Of a DNA stretch of 64,000 nt, positions 25,453 through 39,278 are shown one piece after another. The notes under the pieces were generated by a model that had not been told where the DNA came from, made no database searches, and saw nothing but the letters and a program-made list of their open reading frames with translations. Each line of letters begins with the position of its first letter. The stretch's first letter is position 1. The translations under genes and the position numbers were made by a program. The DNA is from Auanema rhodensis (lineage: Eukaryota > Animalia > Nematoda), in assembly GCA_964057225.1 (NCBI GenBank), contig OZ059897.1, positions 17,112,001-17,176,000 of the forward strand, written 5' to 3'.

Positions 25453-25877
25453 GTATTTAATAATATTTGTATTTTGAAATGTGAATATTAAGTTATATAT
25501 GCATAAATGATTTATGAAAATTTATTAGCTAGAGTACAAATTAATATAAATACATGATATATAATTTCTTCGCGTGAAGGACAAGAAAAGAATTGCTTTG
25601 AGCTAAGCAGAAATTACAGAAGTACAAAAACGTTTACCTTAAAACGATCGGGCATGATACCAATAAAATCCCTCATAGGAAACGTGAGACAACATGCAAA
25701 CTAATGAAAGTGTAAATTTTTAGAGAGCGGACTAGTAATATTGACATCGAACCAAATCACAAGAGGGGAAAGAAGGAACCCAACGGTATCGATATACCAT
25801 GTACATATCGGACAAGCTTAGCAACTAGTTAGGAATGAGGCCGGCTCTCAAATTTTGTTAGATTCAAAATACGCTAT

Positions 25878-28145
25878 TTAACGAAGGCTGTTGAATAAAT
25901 TGAGCTTACTACGAGCACCACGTTGCTGACCCGTTTTACTAAATACGTGCCAAAACCTAAGAGTTTCGTCACCAGCTCCTGTGACTATAGCCTCTCCATC
26001 CGGTGACATAGCCTAGAACAAAATTAGCAAACACATTAAAAGAAAACACGTACTAAATATAAAACTCTGTATTGATGACCAGTTAATTTGGTTACAGGCT
26101 GAAGACTAGGATATTTCCAAATTATAACCTAAGCAAAATTTATAACAGGCCTACAACCTTTTGCATACCTGATTAAGTGAATATCCGTGAGTAGATACCA
26201 ATTCACTGCTATGCTTGGACCAAGCTACATTGCATACCTATTGAAATATAAAATTTATACACACTTTGAATAGATTACCTGGCTTCCTGTATCAATATAT
26301 TGCATTGGCTGAGAAGTTAGTGTATTCCAAAATCTTAGACATTTATCAGCTGTTCCTCCACCTGATACCAACAACCCATGATGATGAGGAGACCAAGCCA
26401 AGGCTTTAACAGCTGCATTGTGCTCAGTATAAATCTAAATACCGTGATGTCAAAAAAATTAAAACTAAATACGAAATACCTGCATAGGTAAATCTCTACG
26501 ATGACCCCATACTAATAATTGATTATCATTACCACCAGATGCTAGAAATTGTTTATCTGGAGACCACTTTAATCCACAGACCTAAGATATAAATATATAA
26601 AAATGCTAGAATCTCGTACATGATTGCTAAACCTCTTGTCTATGGTAAGCCAATTTTCTCTCATAACTGCTACCGTTTGATTGACGAATATCTCTTTGTA
26701 AAATAGTACGATCTCTGTTAATATTAAAATTACCAGAATATCATCATTATGCTATACCGGCTTCCTGAAGATATCTGATCTCCATTCCATGCAAGACAGC
26801 CTATTCTAGAAGTATGACCAGTAAAATCTAGTATTTTTTTTTGAGTACTAATATCCCAAATCTAAAAGCAACTATAAATATGCTTTCATAGTTATACAAG
26901 ACCTGAGTAGCTCCACGATTTGTTCCAACAGCAAGAAGGTCTCCTTTATCAGTCCACTGAACTGATGTGACAGTATCTTGCTCGGACGCCAAATCACACA
27001 ATTTGATAACCTAACAGCTCGTCATTACGGTCAAGTTACATATAAACTTACTTGACTATTACATGCACTCCATAAGTATACACAAGTACTTAAGCCAACT
27101 GAAAGCATATTTTGAGACGACCAATCGACCAAATTTAAATAAAAATCATCTTGAAGTTCCGGAGCATCCAGAACCTATACAAATATATAGTAATATATAA
27201 CATATGTTTGCACTTGGTAAAATATGTATAAGCCATTTAATACCTTGTAAGGGTTCTTAGGAACTTTTCGTTGAGGCTTTCTTGGACTTTTCAGTAATCT
27301 TTGGCTATCTTCACTCAAGGGTCCTCCAAATGGAGAAGAACTGAACGGAAGTTGATAAGTGAATAGTTTAACAGAAATAATACTTTAAAGATCTGCTTGT
27401 GCTAGGACTACCATATTTTGATGGCGTTGTTTGCCCGTAAGAAAATAAACCTCCTGCTGGGCTAGGCAAAACGCGTTCTCCCTCAATATCCTTACTAGAT
27501 TGCAAAGTCTAAATAGAGCGTTTCAAATAGTTTTAATGCGTGACATACTCTTATATCATCAACCCTGTCTTTCAATAGTTCATTTCGCAAAAGAGCACGA
27601 ACAACCAATTGGTCCTGCCTGTTATCTTCGGTATGTGGCTGAAAAAAAACCATGATTATTTCTGATGAAATAATAAAATAACTACATTAACAACGTTTGC
27701 TGTTGGACTTCCATTAGTTGAATATTGAGCACTACTGGATGGTGCAGTAGATCGATTAGGCACTTGCCGTTTCACAACAGGCTAAAAATTATTATATGAC
27801 AGGTCAAGATAAACAGGAAAAATTTTTCATAGCTTAACAAATAATTTTCAATAATGAGGTCAGCAAAAAATATAGCACCTCAACAAATGGACAAGCTAAT
27901 GCCTGAAATCTGTTTGACCATTCTTCACTTGGTTGCCGTAATGGAATAAAACGATCGCCATGATTCTTGGTTGGGGTGCCATGAGGAGAATAATTCTGAA
28001 AATAGCAGAATATACATAACACATATACAATAAATAAAATTTATATCATATTTGAAAGCTTTATACTTACCTTCACTGGAGAAGAATTTTGATTGTGCTG
28101 TCCAAATAAGCGACGTTCATAATCCCCACCAGTAGAAGGGATCAT
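25878..28145 (-). CDS. fzr-1: Fizzy-related / Cdh1 APC/C co-activator (WD40)
   Basis: C-box [80 protein letters not shown], C-terminal LNLFNSLR*. Confidence 0.96.
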
Positions 28146-28358
28146 AGCACTAATAAAAAGATAAATTCACTAATAAAACTAGCCAAGCAACCCTAACGTA
28201 ATTAAGAAGCAATCAACTGTTCCAATTAACATAATTAATAAATATTAAAAGTAAACGTATTAAGGTTCGCTAATCATAAATGTGAGACAGCGTCCATCTT
28301 GGCGTAGTATGTAGTGTGAAGTTATATTTATTGATCGAGGGAGATTGGGGACCATACA

Positions 28359-28407
28359 CAAGACGCCCGCGTGTGCGGACGCGTCGCGAATGCCGCGAAA
28401 CTCAAAT
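28359..28407. promoter_or_regulatory. CpG/GC-rich patch with E2F-like (CGCGAAA) sites upstream of fzr-1
   Basis: caagacgcccgcgtgtgcggacgcgtcgcgaatgccgcgaaactcaaa lies ~215-260 bp upstream of the fzr-1 ATG in otherwise AT-rich DNA. Confidence 0.45.
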
Positions 28408-28515
28408 AATACCGTTTAAACTACATATCAATTGATTTTCCTTGTTTCACTTACAGACTAATTCAAAGTATATGTCAAAAGCAAATATTTATTATATTAG
28501 ATTATTCTGATGTAC

Positions 28516-29262
28516 TTATGAAGATAAAGCGTTTTTTCTATCCATCTGTATTTCGATGTTTCCCTCTGATTCCTCTTGAAATCCATGAAAACAGCGACAT
28601 CTGTTTGTGGTATAGTTTTTGACAAGATTTTTTTTTTATACATACCTGTATATATGTTGCTCATTCCGAAGTGTAGCATCTAAGTGACGTATATATCTTA
28701 TCGCTAAACGGAGGGTGTCAACTTTGGAAATTCGCTTGTCACTAAATAAAATACTTAATTTATTAAAGTTAACAATAGTTTCAAATGCCTATCCGAAACA
28801 GGTAAATATCTTCTAAGCTTTTCGAAGCCCTCGTTGACACAACGAACGCGATATCGTTCTCTCTCATTTCTTTTCCAAACCGAGCTGCTTAAGTAGTTAA
28901 GCATTATAGCAACTGTAGAACAATGACTTACCCATACTGTTCATCCAGTTGAAAAGGCATAGGTACTGTAGCTTCAGGATCAAAGGGATCTATTGTATTT
29001 TTTGATGGTGATCGCATATTTTGCTCTGAAGAAACCTTGGATTCAGTAATAAAAATATTTTACCAATTTGCTGAGTAGTGTGGTTAGGAATTGATGGGCA
29101 GATTGTAAGAATTCCGGTCGTGTATAAGTTATTTGGAATTACGAGCGAATTAGTTGTCGGATGAAAAGCCATGAATGAACTTAGTGAGTAGTAGCAGTGA
29201 ACGCAAGTGTCTGATGTAATAACTATTGTCTGGTATTCATGATTGAAAGAAATATCCTTCAT
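28516..29262 (-). CDS. hlh-6: Achaete-scute family bHLH transcription factor (HLH-6-like); start codon uncertain
   Basis: Spliced SVWKRNERERYRVRCVNEGFEKLRRYLP...DKRISKVDTLRLAIRYIRHLD...CRCFHGFQEESEGNI matches the HLH-6 bHLH and its characteristic C-terminal tail. The bHLH itself is not visible in the ORF track. Confidence 0.88.
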
Positions 29263-29788
29263 TTTATGTGATAATGGTGACAGGTAAAGCTGAACAAATA
29301 TCTGCCTAAATTCTGCATTTCATCTATCAATCAAAGCGTCCGAAGTTGATCATATTACAGATTCCGTTGTTTGGCAGGTGCTATCAAATAGTACTCCAAA
29401 TATTAAATAAATATTTCAGTTATGACAGTCGGTATAAAGAATAAGAAATGTATTTTCTACCTGCTTATTGTGTAGCACGTATTCAATAGTAAACAGTAAA
29501 CAATACCTTTCTGCAGTATATGTTTTGCTATCTAAAGATAATTTCAAAATATTTCTAGTTATAAGCTTCTTTGAAATACTATGTGATATATTTATAATTT
29601 TCCATACTTATGCATTTTTTTGTCTTTAGAGTATAGTATACCAGCTTTATTCGCGAAACGTGTAGTTGTCTTGTTCGCCACGTCACCAATCTATAGTTGG
29701 TGCCCGATACTACTAACGCAATTTCTGCGGATTCTGAAATTTTATTGTGATAAATCATATTTATAAATGGAGTCAAGTTTTTTTTGAA

Positions 29789-31173
29789 ATGGTCAGTTTC
29801 AGTTATTTGTGTGATATTTTATTCAGTTCATTTATTAGCTTAAATGTAGCAGTAACAAAGGCTTGCGCCTTAAATGGAAGACTATTTCTTTATGTGTATT
29901 ATGGTATACTGTTAGTTCTATTGGTAGTATAGTTAACAAAGTGTTCTTGCAAGTATGGGTTTTCTGAGATATTAGTTGAGTATGCTATTTAGACTTACCC
30001 ACTGCCTCTGACTTTAGCTTTTTGTAATCTACTATGTGTTCCTTTTTTTGCCTACCCTTTTTTACAATATTGGAGAATCGAGACAGTGGTGCTGAAGAAT
30101 AGAGAATATAATCAGATGCTGGTTCCTCTTTCTATAGGTGTAGAATGTACAAATTATTTACTTAACATTTTTTAAGGAAAAGCTTTAGCAGTAGGTAGTG
30201 CATACTTTAGTCTATCTAAAGTACCGGTATCCTATTCCCAAGCAGGTTGGCTCAAATCAATCAATGACTACACTTTCATTTTTTTTCAGTGAAAGCCTCA
30301 ATGCCTTTGTTCGCAGTTGCTTTGAGCCGATTAATTTTAAGAGAAAAACAAAGCAATGCAGTAAAATTATTATTTATTAATAACATAATAAGGGGAAATT
30401 TAGGTTTATCTATCATTAGTACCAATTGTCGCCGGTGTTGTGATCGCATCTATCACTGAAGTTTCTTTCTCTGTAAGTGGCCTATTGTCAGCATTGTGTT
30501 CTACTTTCACATATTCCCTACTTAGCATAATCATCAAAAAGGTATGATAAATTGAGTAATCTTAAAACAAAGATTTTTTTAGCTCTTGAAAAACAGCGGC
30601 ATACATCCTTTGCGTTTATTAGCGCTAAATTCTCAAATGTCCGCTGTCTTCTTCCTTCCCTTCTGGTTCGTTAACGATGGCATATCTTTATTATTTAATT
30701 CGGAAGTTTTGGTAATCAGTTCATCTATTTGGCTTAGCTAATTTTCTTATTTCCCTTGTTGGTTTAGAGTTCAGATAGCTCTGTTGTTTCGATGTATATG
30801 TTATTACTGTGTTCTGCTACTTTGTCGTTTCTTCAGAATGTTTGCGCATTTGAATTGATTCATGAACTTACCGCTTTATCATATTCGGTGTGCAATGCTA
30901 CAAAGCGTGTATCAGTCATCATAGCATCTTTACTAACGATGCACAACCCAGTCACAGGTGAGCTGTTTAGGAATAACATCAGTAATTTGTAAAATTAAGG
31001 TATGAACATATTTGGTATTTTTCTTTCCGTCATTGGGGTATTTTGTTACAATAGAGTAAGCAGCGTTAAAACATTGTTTGTATTATATTTTGCTTTAGGC
31101 TAAACATCTAGAGCATGCATCTCATCTTCCTCATATAAATCAGGAGAAAAATTATAACTCTCTGGGACATTAA
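29789..31173 (+). CDS. SLC35E1-like (triose-phosphate translocator family) solute carrier
   Basis: LCVLWYTVSSIGSIVNKVFLQ/TYPLPLTL, VKASMPLFAVALSRLIL, VYLSLVPIVAGVVIASITEVSFS, SFLQNVCAF, LTALSYSVCNATKRVSVII, GVFCYN. Stop 31171-31173. Confidence 0.88.
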
Positions 31174-31290
31174 GTGCGTGCATGAAATTATAATATAAAT
31201 TTCTATAACATTCGAAAAAACCAAATAAATTTTAAACAGTTTATGACAAAACGAATAAATACAGTATCACAGTAGTAAATAGACCTAAGC

Positions 31291-34200
31291 TTAATTATTT
31301 TTACCAGAAGATCCCATCCTTCTTCGACATTTCTCTTGTTCGTTTAACTGGATGAAATAAAGTAAAGTAATGAATAAATGCTAAACTGCTCACCAAAGGA
31401 ATGTCTGCCCAACTTGTTATTGAAGAAAACGAGGAAGCATACTGAGGAGTTGATAGTTCCGTTTTCGCTTGAGAACATATGGAATACTAAAAAATAAATA
31501 ATTAATATTCTTACATCCAATAAAAAAATACTTCTGACTGTTTAGATGAAGCATCTGATATGTTTCGAACTCTTGAAGTTTGAAAACTAGTAGAACTCGA
31601 TGGGGCATTAGTTGTACTATCTGAACCTTTCAGCAATTCGTGGGTATCACCATTTCTGGAAAAATTAAAAGGTAAAGCATTATATCAAAAACATACGACG
31701 AGGTTATTCGTTTCTTTTTCAAAAGCTCTAGCTCAGTATTTAGGCCTTCAATCATCCCAACCTTTTCTGAAAGATCCCTGAAGATATTATTTTTTTTTGA
31801 CCCACTTGTATTTGAATAAACTTACTGTTTGAGTTTCTCATTACTAGCTCGTAAAGTATTCATACTATTTTCTGAGCGTAACAATCGAGATCTATATTCT
31901 TCGACATCACTGAAATAAATCAGCTTAGACGTCTTAATTATACTTAATACTAATCTAAATCTGTAATTTGTAAAATTGAAAACCTTTTCATTTGCTCAAT
32001 TTTGTCTTTGTAACATTGAGTTTCCACCTCGGCTTCTGATAGCTTCTCGATTCTCCTATAATCAAACAAATTATCAAGATATATGAATTTAGGAGTATAC
32101 TTGGTAAAGTCGTCCACTATATTAAGAAGTTTCATTTCGCTATCTTGTAGAAGTTCATTCTGGAGTTCTAATTTTGAGATGTGAGCAGCGGTATTTGAGG
32201 ATTCATTTTCACATTGCAAAAGTTTCCTTTTTAATTCTTGTATTTCCTCCGCTATAGTATTTTCCTGCAAAGTATAATTTATTCTATATATTCATTTATT
32301 GCGAACTTTGACTTTCATAACACCAATGGCATTTTTATATTCCGTGTTAGAGTTTTCGAGCTTTTCGATTTTTGCACGAATGGTTGTATTTTCTTCGGAA
32401 GATATCTTCAATATATATTTAAAACTTAGAAATTAAACCAACTTTAGTTACTTTAAGCTTGTCGGTAAGAGATTGATATTCTCTTGAGAGGCAATTATTT
32501 TCTGAAGCAAATTTGCTCATGCTGTTTGAACAAGTATCAATGAACCGTTTGATTTCAACACCTAATTGTTCTACTTCGCATTCACTGTTGTTGTCAGAAA
32601 TACTTTAAAGATACAAAACAAATTTAAGCGAGAAATAACATTATACATACTCCAAAGTAACCTCGTTTTTTCCAAAATTAAGAATTAAAGCGTTATGTGC
32701 ATCACGGACAGCTTTACATACTGTCTGAATCTTGAAGATTGGTAATACGGTTATTATCTGTTACTTTCCCATTTTCCCACCTTATCATAAGAAAGATCAT
32801 GTCCTGGAGTAGTGTTAGGCATATTCCAATCTCCTACCCAATCATTTTTATCGCCTATATATCGTAACACAATTTGTATTCTAAACGTTTCATACCTTCA
32901 ATTAAAGGGTTCTGGTTTTGTGCGCAATTTTCTATCTTATTCTGCAACCTAATTTTCTCACAGAATTTCAACAGCTTTGATACGTCTGAAAACAAATTTA
33001 AAAGAAACAATGACAAGCTTAATAATACTCAATTCAAGCAAATCCATACTGTCAACTAAATGATCCTCATTATTCTATAAACAGTATTATTGATAATTAA
33101 AAAAGTAGCTTACCTCATAGTCTTCACTCTCACCAAAAAACTCTCGAATGCTATGAATTATATTAACAATTTCACTTTCAGCAATGTGTTTCTAAAATAT
33201 TTGGATACTATGAAAGAAAATAGAAAGTTACTTCTTTTCTCAACTCCTCCGCTTGAATATCTAGTTCCATATTTTTATACGCCATTTCCGAATTGGCGCG
33301 GAACAACGCATCCACATCAGCCTGTTTGGTTGTTAATTTGGCTGCTAAAATTTCCATCTCTAGCTGTTGACGATGAATGGCCATAGCTGCAATTGGCAGG
33401 TAATAAACTTTAGAATTGTTTTACAATAGTTGTAAGAGAAAAAAAAGACTCCAACAATTCGGATAATCAGCAAATTTAAATTTCTACCCTGCCAATTACA
33501 ACTAATGTTTTGAAAGATTGGGATAAAATACACTTACAATTTTCTTCGGCACTTTGACGTTGCTCCAGCATCTAAGAAAATATTAATGCTACATAAAATA
33601 GCTCAAGATACCTTCTTATTTTCCTTAGAAATAACTAAAATTTCATCTTTAAGAGTTGATATAGTATCGTCCGATTTTTCTTGTTCTTGACACATATTAT
33701 TTTGTTCCTCCTCATATCCAACCAATCTCTCAGACAAGGCATTATTTATTTTTTTTTGTTCTTCAAATGCTTCTTGGAAAAGCGTAACCAGAAATTCAAA
33801 AAATATAATAATATTTATATATATTGCAAACCTGTGAACTAATATGAGAAATAGCCATTATTAATTTCTTTTTTTTTTCAACATCGGAAATTTCATCAAC
33901 TTCTATATTTAATAGTTCACAAAAATTGTTCAATTCAGCATTAGCCAATGGACCAGTGTTCGCATTGTTTTGCAGCTGTAGATTAGGTTTTATTATATAG
34001 AAAGTAAATGATATATAATTACTTGTTCAGTAGACGAGTCGGGAATAAGAGAATTAGCATACAAATCATTATACGCCGTTTGAAGTTCTTCATAATACTT
34101 GTTGAGTTGATTATAAGCAGATTCCAATTGTAGTCTACATGAATTTTATAAGAGTCATTAATAATTTGTCATTCGTACCGATTTAAAACATCTTCTTCAG

Positions 34201-37200
34201 CTTGTTGTCTCAAATTATCAATTTCAAGTTTTTGGGAAGATAATTTCAATTTCGACCTTTCATATATCTTCGTCTTTAATAGAAACCTACAAATTTGTCA
34301 AATAAAAATCGATTTACCTCATCTAAAAAGCGAAGCTTCAATTCATCAAACTCATTAGTTTTAGATACTAAACTAGCCTCTAGTTTCAATGATCTATCTT
34401 CCAAATTAGAACAATTTTTAAAAGCCTGTAATGGTTAACATTAAAGATTTTGCGCTATTATAACTAACGGTTTTCAACTGAGAATTAAGACACCAGATTT
34501 CTCCTTTCAGAGCTTCCACGGTTGTTTCGAGTTCACTCTTCAATTCACAAAGTTTTTCTAAGTCCTACATAGCATCATTGATGTTAATCTCTCATTTTGA
34601 ACAGTATATACCTGATAAATGTCGTCTTGCGTTTTGACTGAATCATTGACACATTGTCGAAGGATAATATTTTCGGAAACCAAACGACCTACTTGTGTTT
34701 CATCTACGGCATAATTATAAAAAAACAAAATATGTAAAAAAAAAACCATTTTCAGCCTTCAAGTCTTCATATTTTAGAAGGTTATTAACATTCGAGTTAT
34801 TTTTCGAAATATCTATACCTTCAACGTTTGAGCATAGTATAGTCTGAAAATAATTTCTTTGCAAAATAATTATTTGAAGACCTACGGTATTCAAAATAGA
34901 GGTAGTAGATTCTTCAAAAGTTTGAGTACCAGTTGTAACCTTAAAATAACAATTCATTTCAATATTCAATCATTTTTCAACCTTTTCAATAATATTGGAT
35001 TGAACATGTTCACGTTTTAAAGCGAAGTCCTCGAGCGTCTGTAAACAACTTTTAGGAATATCAACTCTCAAATATTCAAATCTTCAAGTAATTTATTAAA
35101 AACTTGAACAAACCTTAGTATCTTCAAACAGTTCGCATTTGTTAGAAAGCGCAACATTTTCAACTTTCATTGCTAAAGTTGGTGGTTCTGGAGCCTCCAT
35201 AACATCTAATTCCCCATGATTAGAATTATGTTTTGGTCTTCGCTTAAAAATATTAATAAAAACTTAAAAAAGCGTATATTTGTTACTTGTTCATATGCTT
35301 CAATAATCTCATGCAACTCATGAATTTCCTGCTCAAGTAATGCAATTTTTTCGATATATGGTGTAGTACAGAGTTCGTTTATCTGTAATAAATATCAACA
35401 ATTATCGATATATTTCTTGCCTACTTCTATCGAGTTTTTCCGACTATTTTGTCTGTGTAATTCTTCTTCTTCCCATTTTTTTCTTAACTCTTCCCATTTA
35501 GCTTGGTCACTCAAACGCTCATAATCTAACTGAATTGTCACACAAATTAGTTAAAAAATTAGTATAAATTACCTCAGAACGTATTTTCTCGAGTTCAAGC
35601 TTCACAGCGTTAGTTTCAATGAGATTAATGCGTGCATGCCCCAATTCTATACTTACGGAATCCAATTCTTTTTCAAGCACACTGTTTCTCTCTTTAATAT
35701 TGGCGGTTAGTTCCTTTTCTCCTTCTAAAGCTGTTGATAATTTCTTAATCTGAAAAAAGATATATGGGCAATTACTTTTTATTTTCCATAATACCTTTGA
35801 GAATAAAGATACATTATTGCTCTTCTCTGATTCTATTTCTTCCGAAAGATACTTAATTCTAAAACGAATTATTAAATACAAATTCAAGTTTAAGTGCATA
35901 CTGTGCTCTCAGATCATATTCATCAGTTCGCATACTATCAATGTTTTCTATTGACTGCTTAAGATCGAAGTTCATACACTTCAACTCGTTGACTTCGTTG
36001 GATAGGGTTTCAATTGTATTTGATTTTGTTAACATTTCTAGATACAAAATAAATTACACTCGATTATTGTTTTTTTACCAACCAGACTCTAAACTTGTCA
36101 GATAATCGATCTGTGAGATTAATTTTTCTTTTTCCACCGCAAACTTTTCCTGCTCCTAGAGTATTGTACTGCTATAGTTGAAATAACAGCAGATTTATAC
36201 CTGAGCTACTAAAACGTTAACTTGTTTCCGCATATTCTCGATTTCATTTTGATCTTGTAGTAGCATTTCTGCTTCACACAACTTTTCCACAAGCTTCTCA
36301 TTTTCTTCTTCTAGTGTTTTAACTTTCAGGGCCAAACTTTTGGAACGGAGTTTATCTTCTGTAATCAAGCAAATATAATTTTGTTCTATGATTATTGAAA
36401 TCAGATTCGTAAGCTACCTTATTATTGTAAATTAAATCGTAATAAAACCGGTTTTCAACAATCAATAAAATATTGAATGAGCGTCATACATAGCCAGTTA
36501 TTCATTTTTGATTAAATGTTTAAACTAGACAACTTCCGTATCTACTTAATACACCTTTATAGAAATACTGAAAACTAATGGTGAAACAAAAATGCCCAGG
36601 ATGTAACTCATTCGGACTGCAACACTCTTATAGCATACGGGGCTTAGTAGCGGCGATATTTTGTTTCCCATTCGGCCTATATTGCTGCTTAAGATGGAGA
36701 TATAACTTTTGTGAAATGTGTAAATGCGAGGTAAGAAGTACATATTTTTCAAAAGAAAATGAAATAAAGGTTTTCATCATGGAAAAAAACAGCAGCGAAC
36801 TAGCTTCATACGGGTATCATTTTAAAGCGTCACAGGTCAGTCAAAAACTTTCTCTCCTCTTTCTTCACATCTACAATTCTTTTATTTCAGCCGAAGAAAG
36901 ATATTATGAAAAATGAAAGATATAGATGAAATCACACAATTACAATTAAACGCTCTCAAATAAAATAATAATTGTTCCTTATGATAAATATGTTAAACAC
37001 TAATCTCAGGCTTACCTGTAGATTTTCTATTTATCTGCTCTTTTTCTAATTCCAAAGCTTTTAGTTTAGTTTCAAATGCTCTTGAACGAATAATCGAGCG
37101 ATGATCAACCTAATTATGCAAACTGAACTGATATAGAAAATAATACACATACCTTCGAAGCTCCCAATGATTCTCTCAAAATACCTATATGCTGCTCATA

Positions 37201-39035
37201 AATTACAATATCAGCCTCTAGAACTTCTATCAGATTGTCTTGAGCACACAAAGCATCTGTTATTATGGTGGAAAATAAGATGAAAATAAAAATAAATAAA
37301 CCTTTCAGGCGATCTACATCATCAAGAATGCTATGCTTTTGATCTTCCATAAGCAATACGATAGACTCAGCATCAGTTAATTCTTGTATCAATGTATCTT
37401 CCAAATTCAAACTAGCTTGTAACTGGAAATGAATAAAAGGATTGAGAAAAAATTCAACAAGCTACTTTTTCGTTTAAGCTGCGATTACTTCTCGCACTTT
37501 CATCAAGTTCGTTTGTTATTCTTATTATTTTATTTCTATAAAAAAAAGTCAAGATATTAAAAAGACACTACGTAACCTGAGCTCGACAACTTCTTCTCGT
37601 AAATGGCCATTCTGTTTGACTTCCCAATCACGGGAATTTCGAAGCGTATCTATTTCATATTGCATACATTCGATCTATTCAAAAGTATTTAATTAGACAA
37701 CTTATGACAATCCCACTTTTTGTGAAAGGTTTGCGCTGATATCTGCCATTTTCTCCTCCAGCTCTCGAATTCGACTCTGAGTTACGGCTTTATTTTTTAA
37801 ATTAGCTTGTTTGGCATCTTTAAGCGCGGCTTCTTTTTCAGACAAAGTCTAAATATTGACGAAAGTGAATTATTTTAAACGTTCGACAAATTAATAACAA
37901 TGAAACTATTACTTCAATCAAATACACCTTCTCTCTGTTTGCGGTATCTCGAAGAATTTCTATTTCATTTCGAAAAGCATCATTTTCTTGCATAATATGC
38001 GACAAACGAAGCTGATATTCCTCTTCCAAAGCACTATGAAACTTTGAATTTGCTCAATTGACAAGATGTTAAAATCTACCTATCCCTATTACATGAAGAG
38101 GGGGGTAAATCGAAGGTTACTCTTTTTTTCTGCCTTTTCCGCAATGTTATCTCCTTATCCAAATTAGGGCCCTGAAACAGATAAGTAGAATGACGCTGGA
38201 TAGGGTTCATTATACAGAGAAGCAATTTCTGTTGGCAATATCATCTTCATCAACTTCACTGGGATCCAAAGGTGGGGGAGATCCTCCGGAATTGTCTGCA
38301 GAGTTGTATTAAACAATTATATTTAAGGAATATTACCTCTCACTACAGCATGTCCTGGGCTACGGTATATTGGCGCTAAAGTTTTACGAGAGTCAATTCC
38401 GTGGTACGATTCAGTCTCTGTACTCACTTCCTTGGTTTCCTTACATTCTATTTCCTGTAGCATATTGAACAACTGAGAAACAAATATGTATCAAGCTGAA
38501 CCTCAAATTTTTTTTGGACCAATCGCATAGCTTGACTTTTCACGTTCGCGACCTCTCCCTGTTCTCGGCATTGCTCCTAAAACCATTAATGTAAGAGGAA
38601 AGTCTTCAGTTGCACCTGTAGATCTAGGATATGCCTCTCTTTCTCAAGTATAACCGTATTCAGTTCAACTATTCGCTGATCCTGAAAATGTGTAGTTAAG
38701 AATTTCAGACTAAAAAAATAAACTTTATATTTCAACTGGCTTTGTAGATTTTCAAAATCAACTTCAGAAAGTTGGCTAGTTGTTGAAATCTGCTCTTCTA
38801 ACGCCTATAAAACGAAATTAAACAGGATATTTGATTGTAGCATACCTTCAATTTAATAATTTGCTCTTTCACAATAAGATTTTTCTTTTCTAGTTCTTCA
38901 ACAAGCATATCATTTTTTTTTAATGATTGTGTTAACAGATTTTCCAATTCTCCATTGCAACCCTAAGTGTGTATTTAATAGGAGTTGGGCTTTTCAACAA
39001 CATACTACTATATTGGAAGAGGCTGTAGATGACAT
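31291..39035 (-). CDS. Large uncharacterised coiled-coil protein (many short exons)
   Basis: Continuous E/K/L/Q-rich heptad-like exons on the minus strand (e.g. EELKRKLLQCENESSNTAAHISKLELQNELL, DNLIEVLEADIVIYEQHIGILRESL). ATG at 39035 lies downstream of TTACAG. Could be more than one gene; family not recognised. Confidence 0.65.
36578..36929 (+). CDS. Small BRI3 (brain protein I3)-like Cys-rich membrane protein, nested antisense in an intron
   Basis: CPGC-x-hydrophobic GLVAAIFCFPFGLYCCL-x-CEMC pattern. Exons 36578-36730, ~36770-36835 and 36891-36929 lie inside the ~660-nt intron 36359-37015 of the coiled-coil gene. Confidence 0.72.
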
Positions 39036-39278
39036 AGTAAACAAAAATCACTTCAGAGCATAACTGTAATTGAAATAATTAGTAAGTTATATATTTCTAT
39101 TTTTACATGATACAGATTCCATGTGGAACTAGCATAAGTTACGCACAGGTTGACGCACTTGAGGTGTTTACAACAATTAATCCGCATATACTTAGTTGAA
39201 TTTTTTGTTCGTCGTGTTCAACTATTTTGGTCTAACAATTGATGTTTTGAGAAAATTTACAAATTTCCAATAGATGCA

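Noticed and set aside
25594-25609. TGCTT-TGAGCT-AAGCA hairpin between convergent 3' ends
   Set aside because: Only 5-bp arms, no GGC/GCC core, and flanked on both sides by conventional genes.
33090-33386. Plus-strand 98-aa ORF and similar antisense ORFs in the track
   Set aside because: They are shadows of minus-strand exons; here the opposite strand encodes a clear coiled-coil exon (QLEMEILAAKLTTKQADVDALFRAN).
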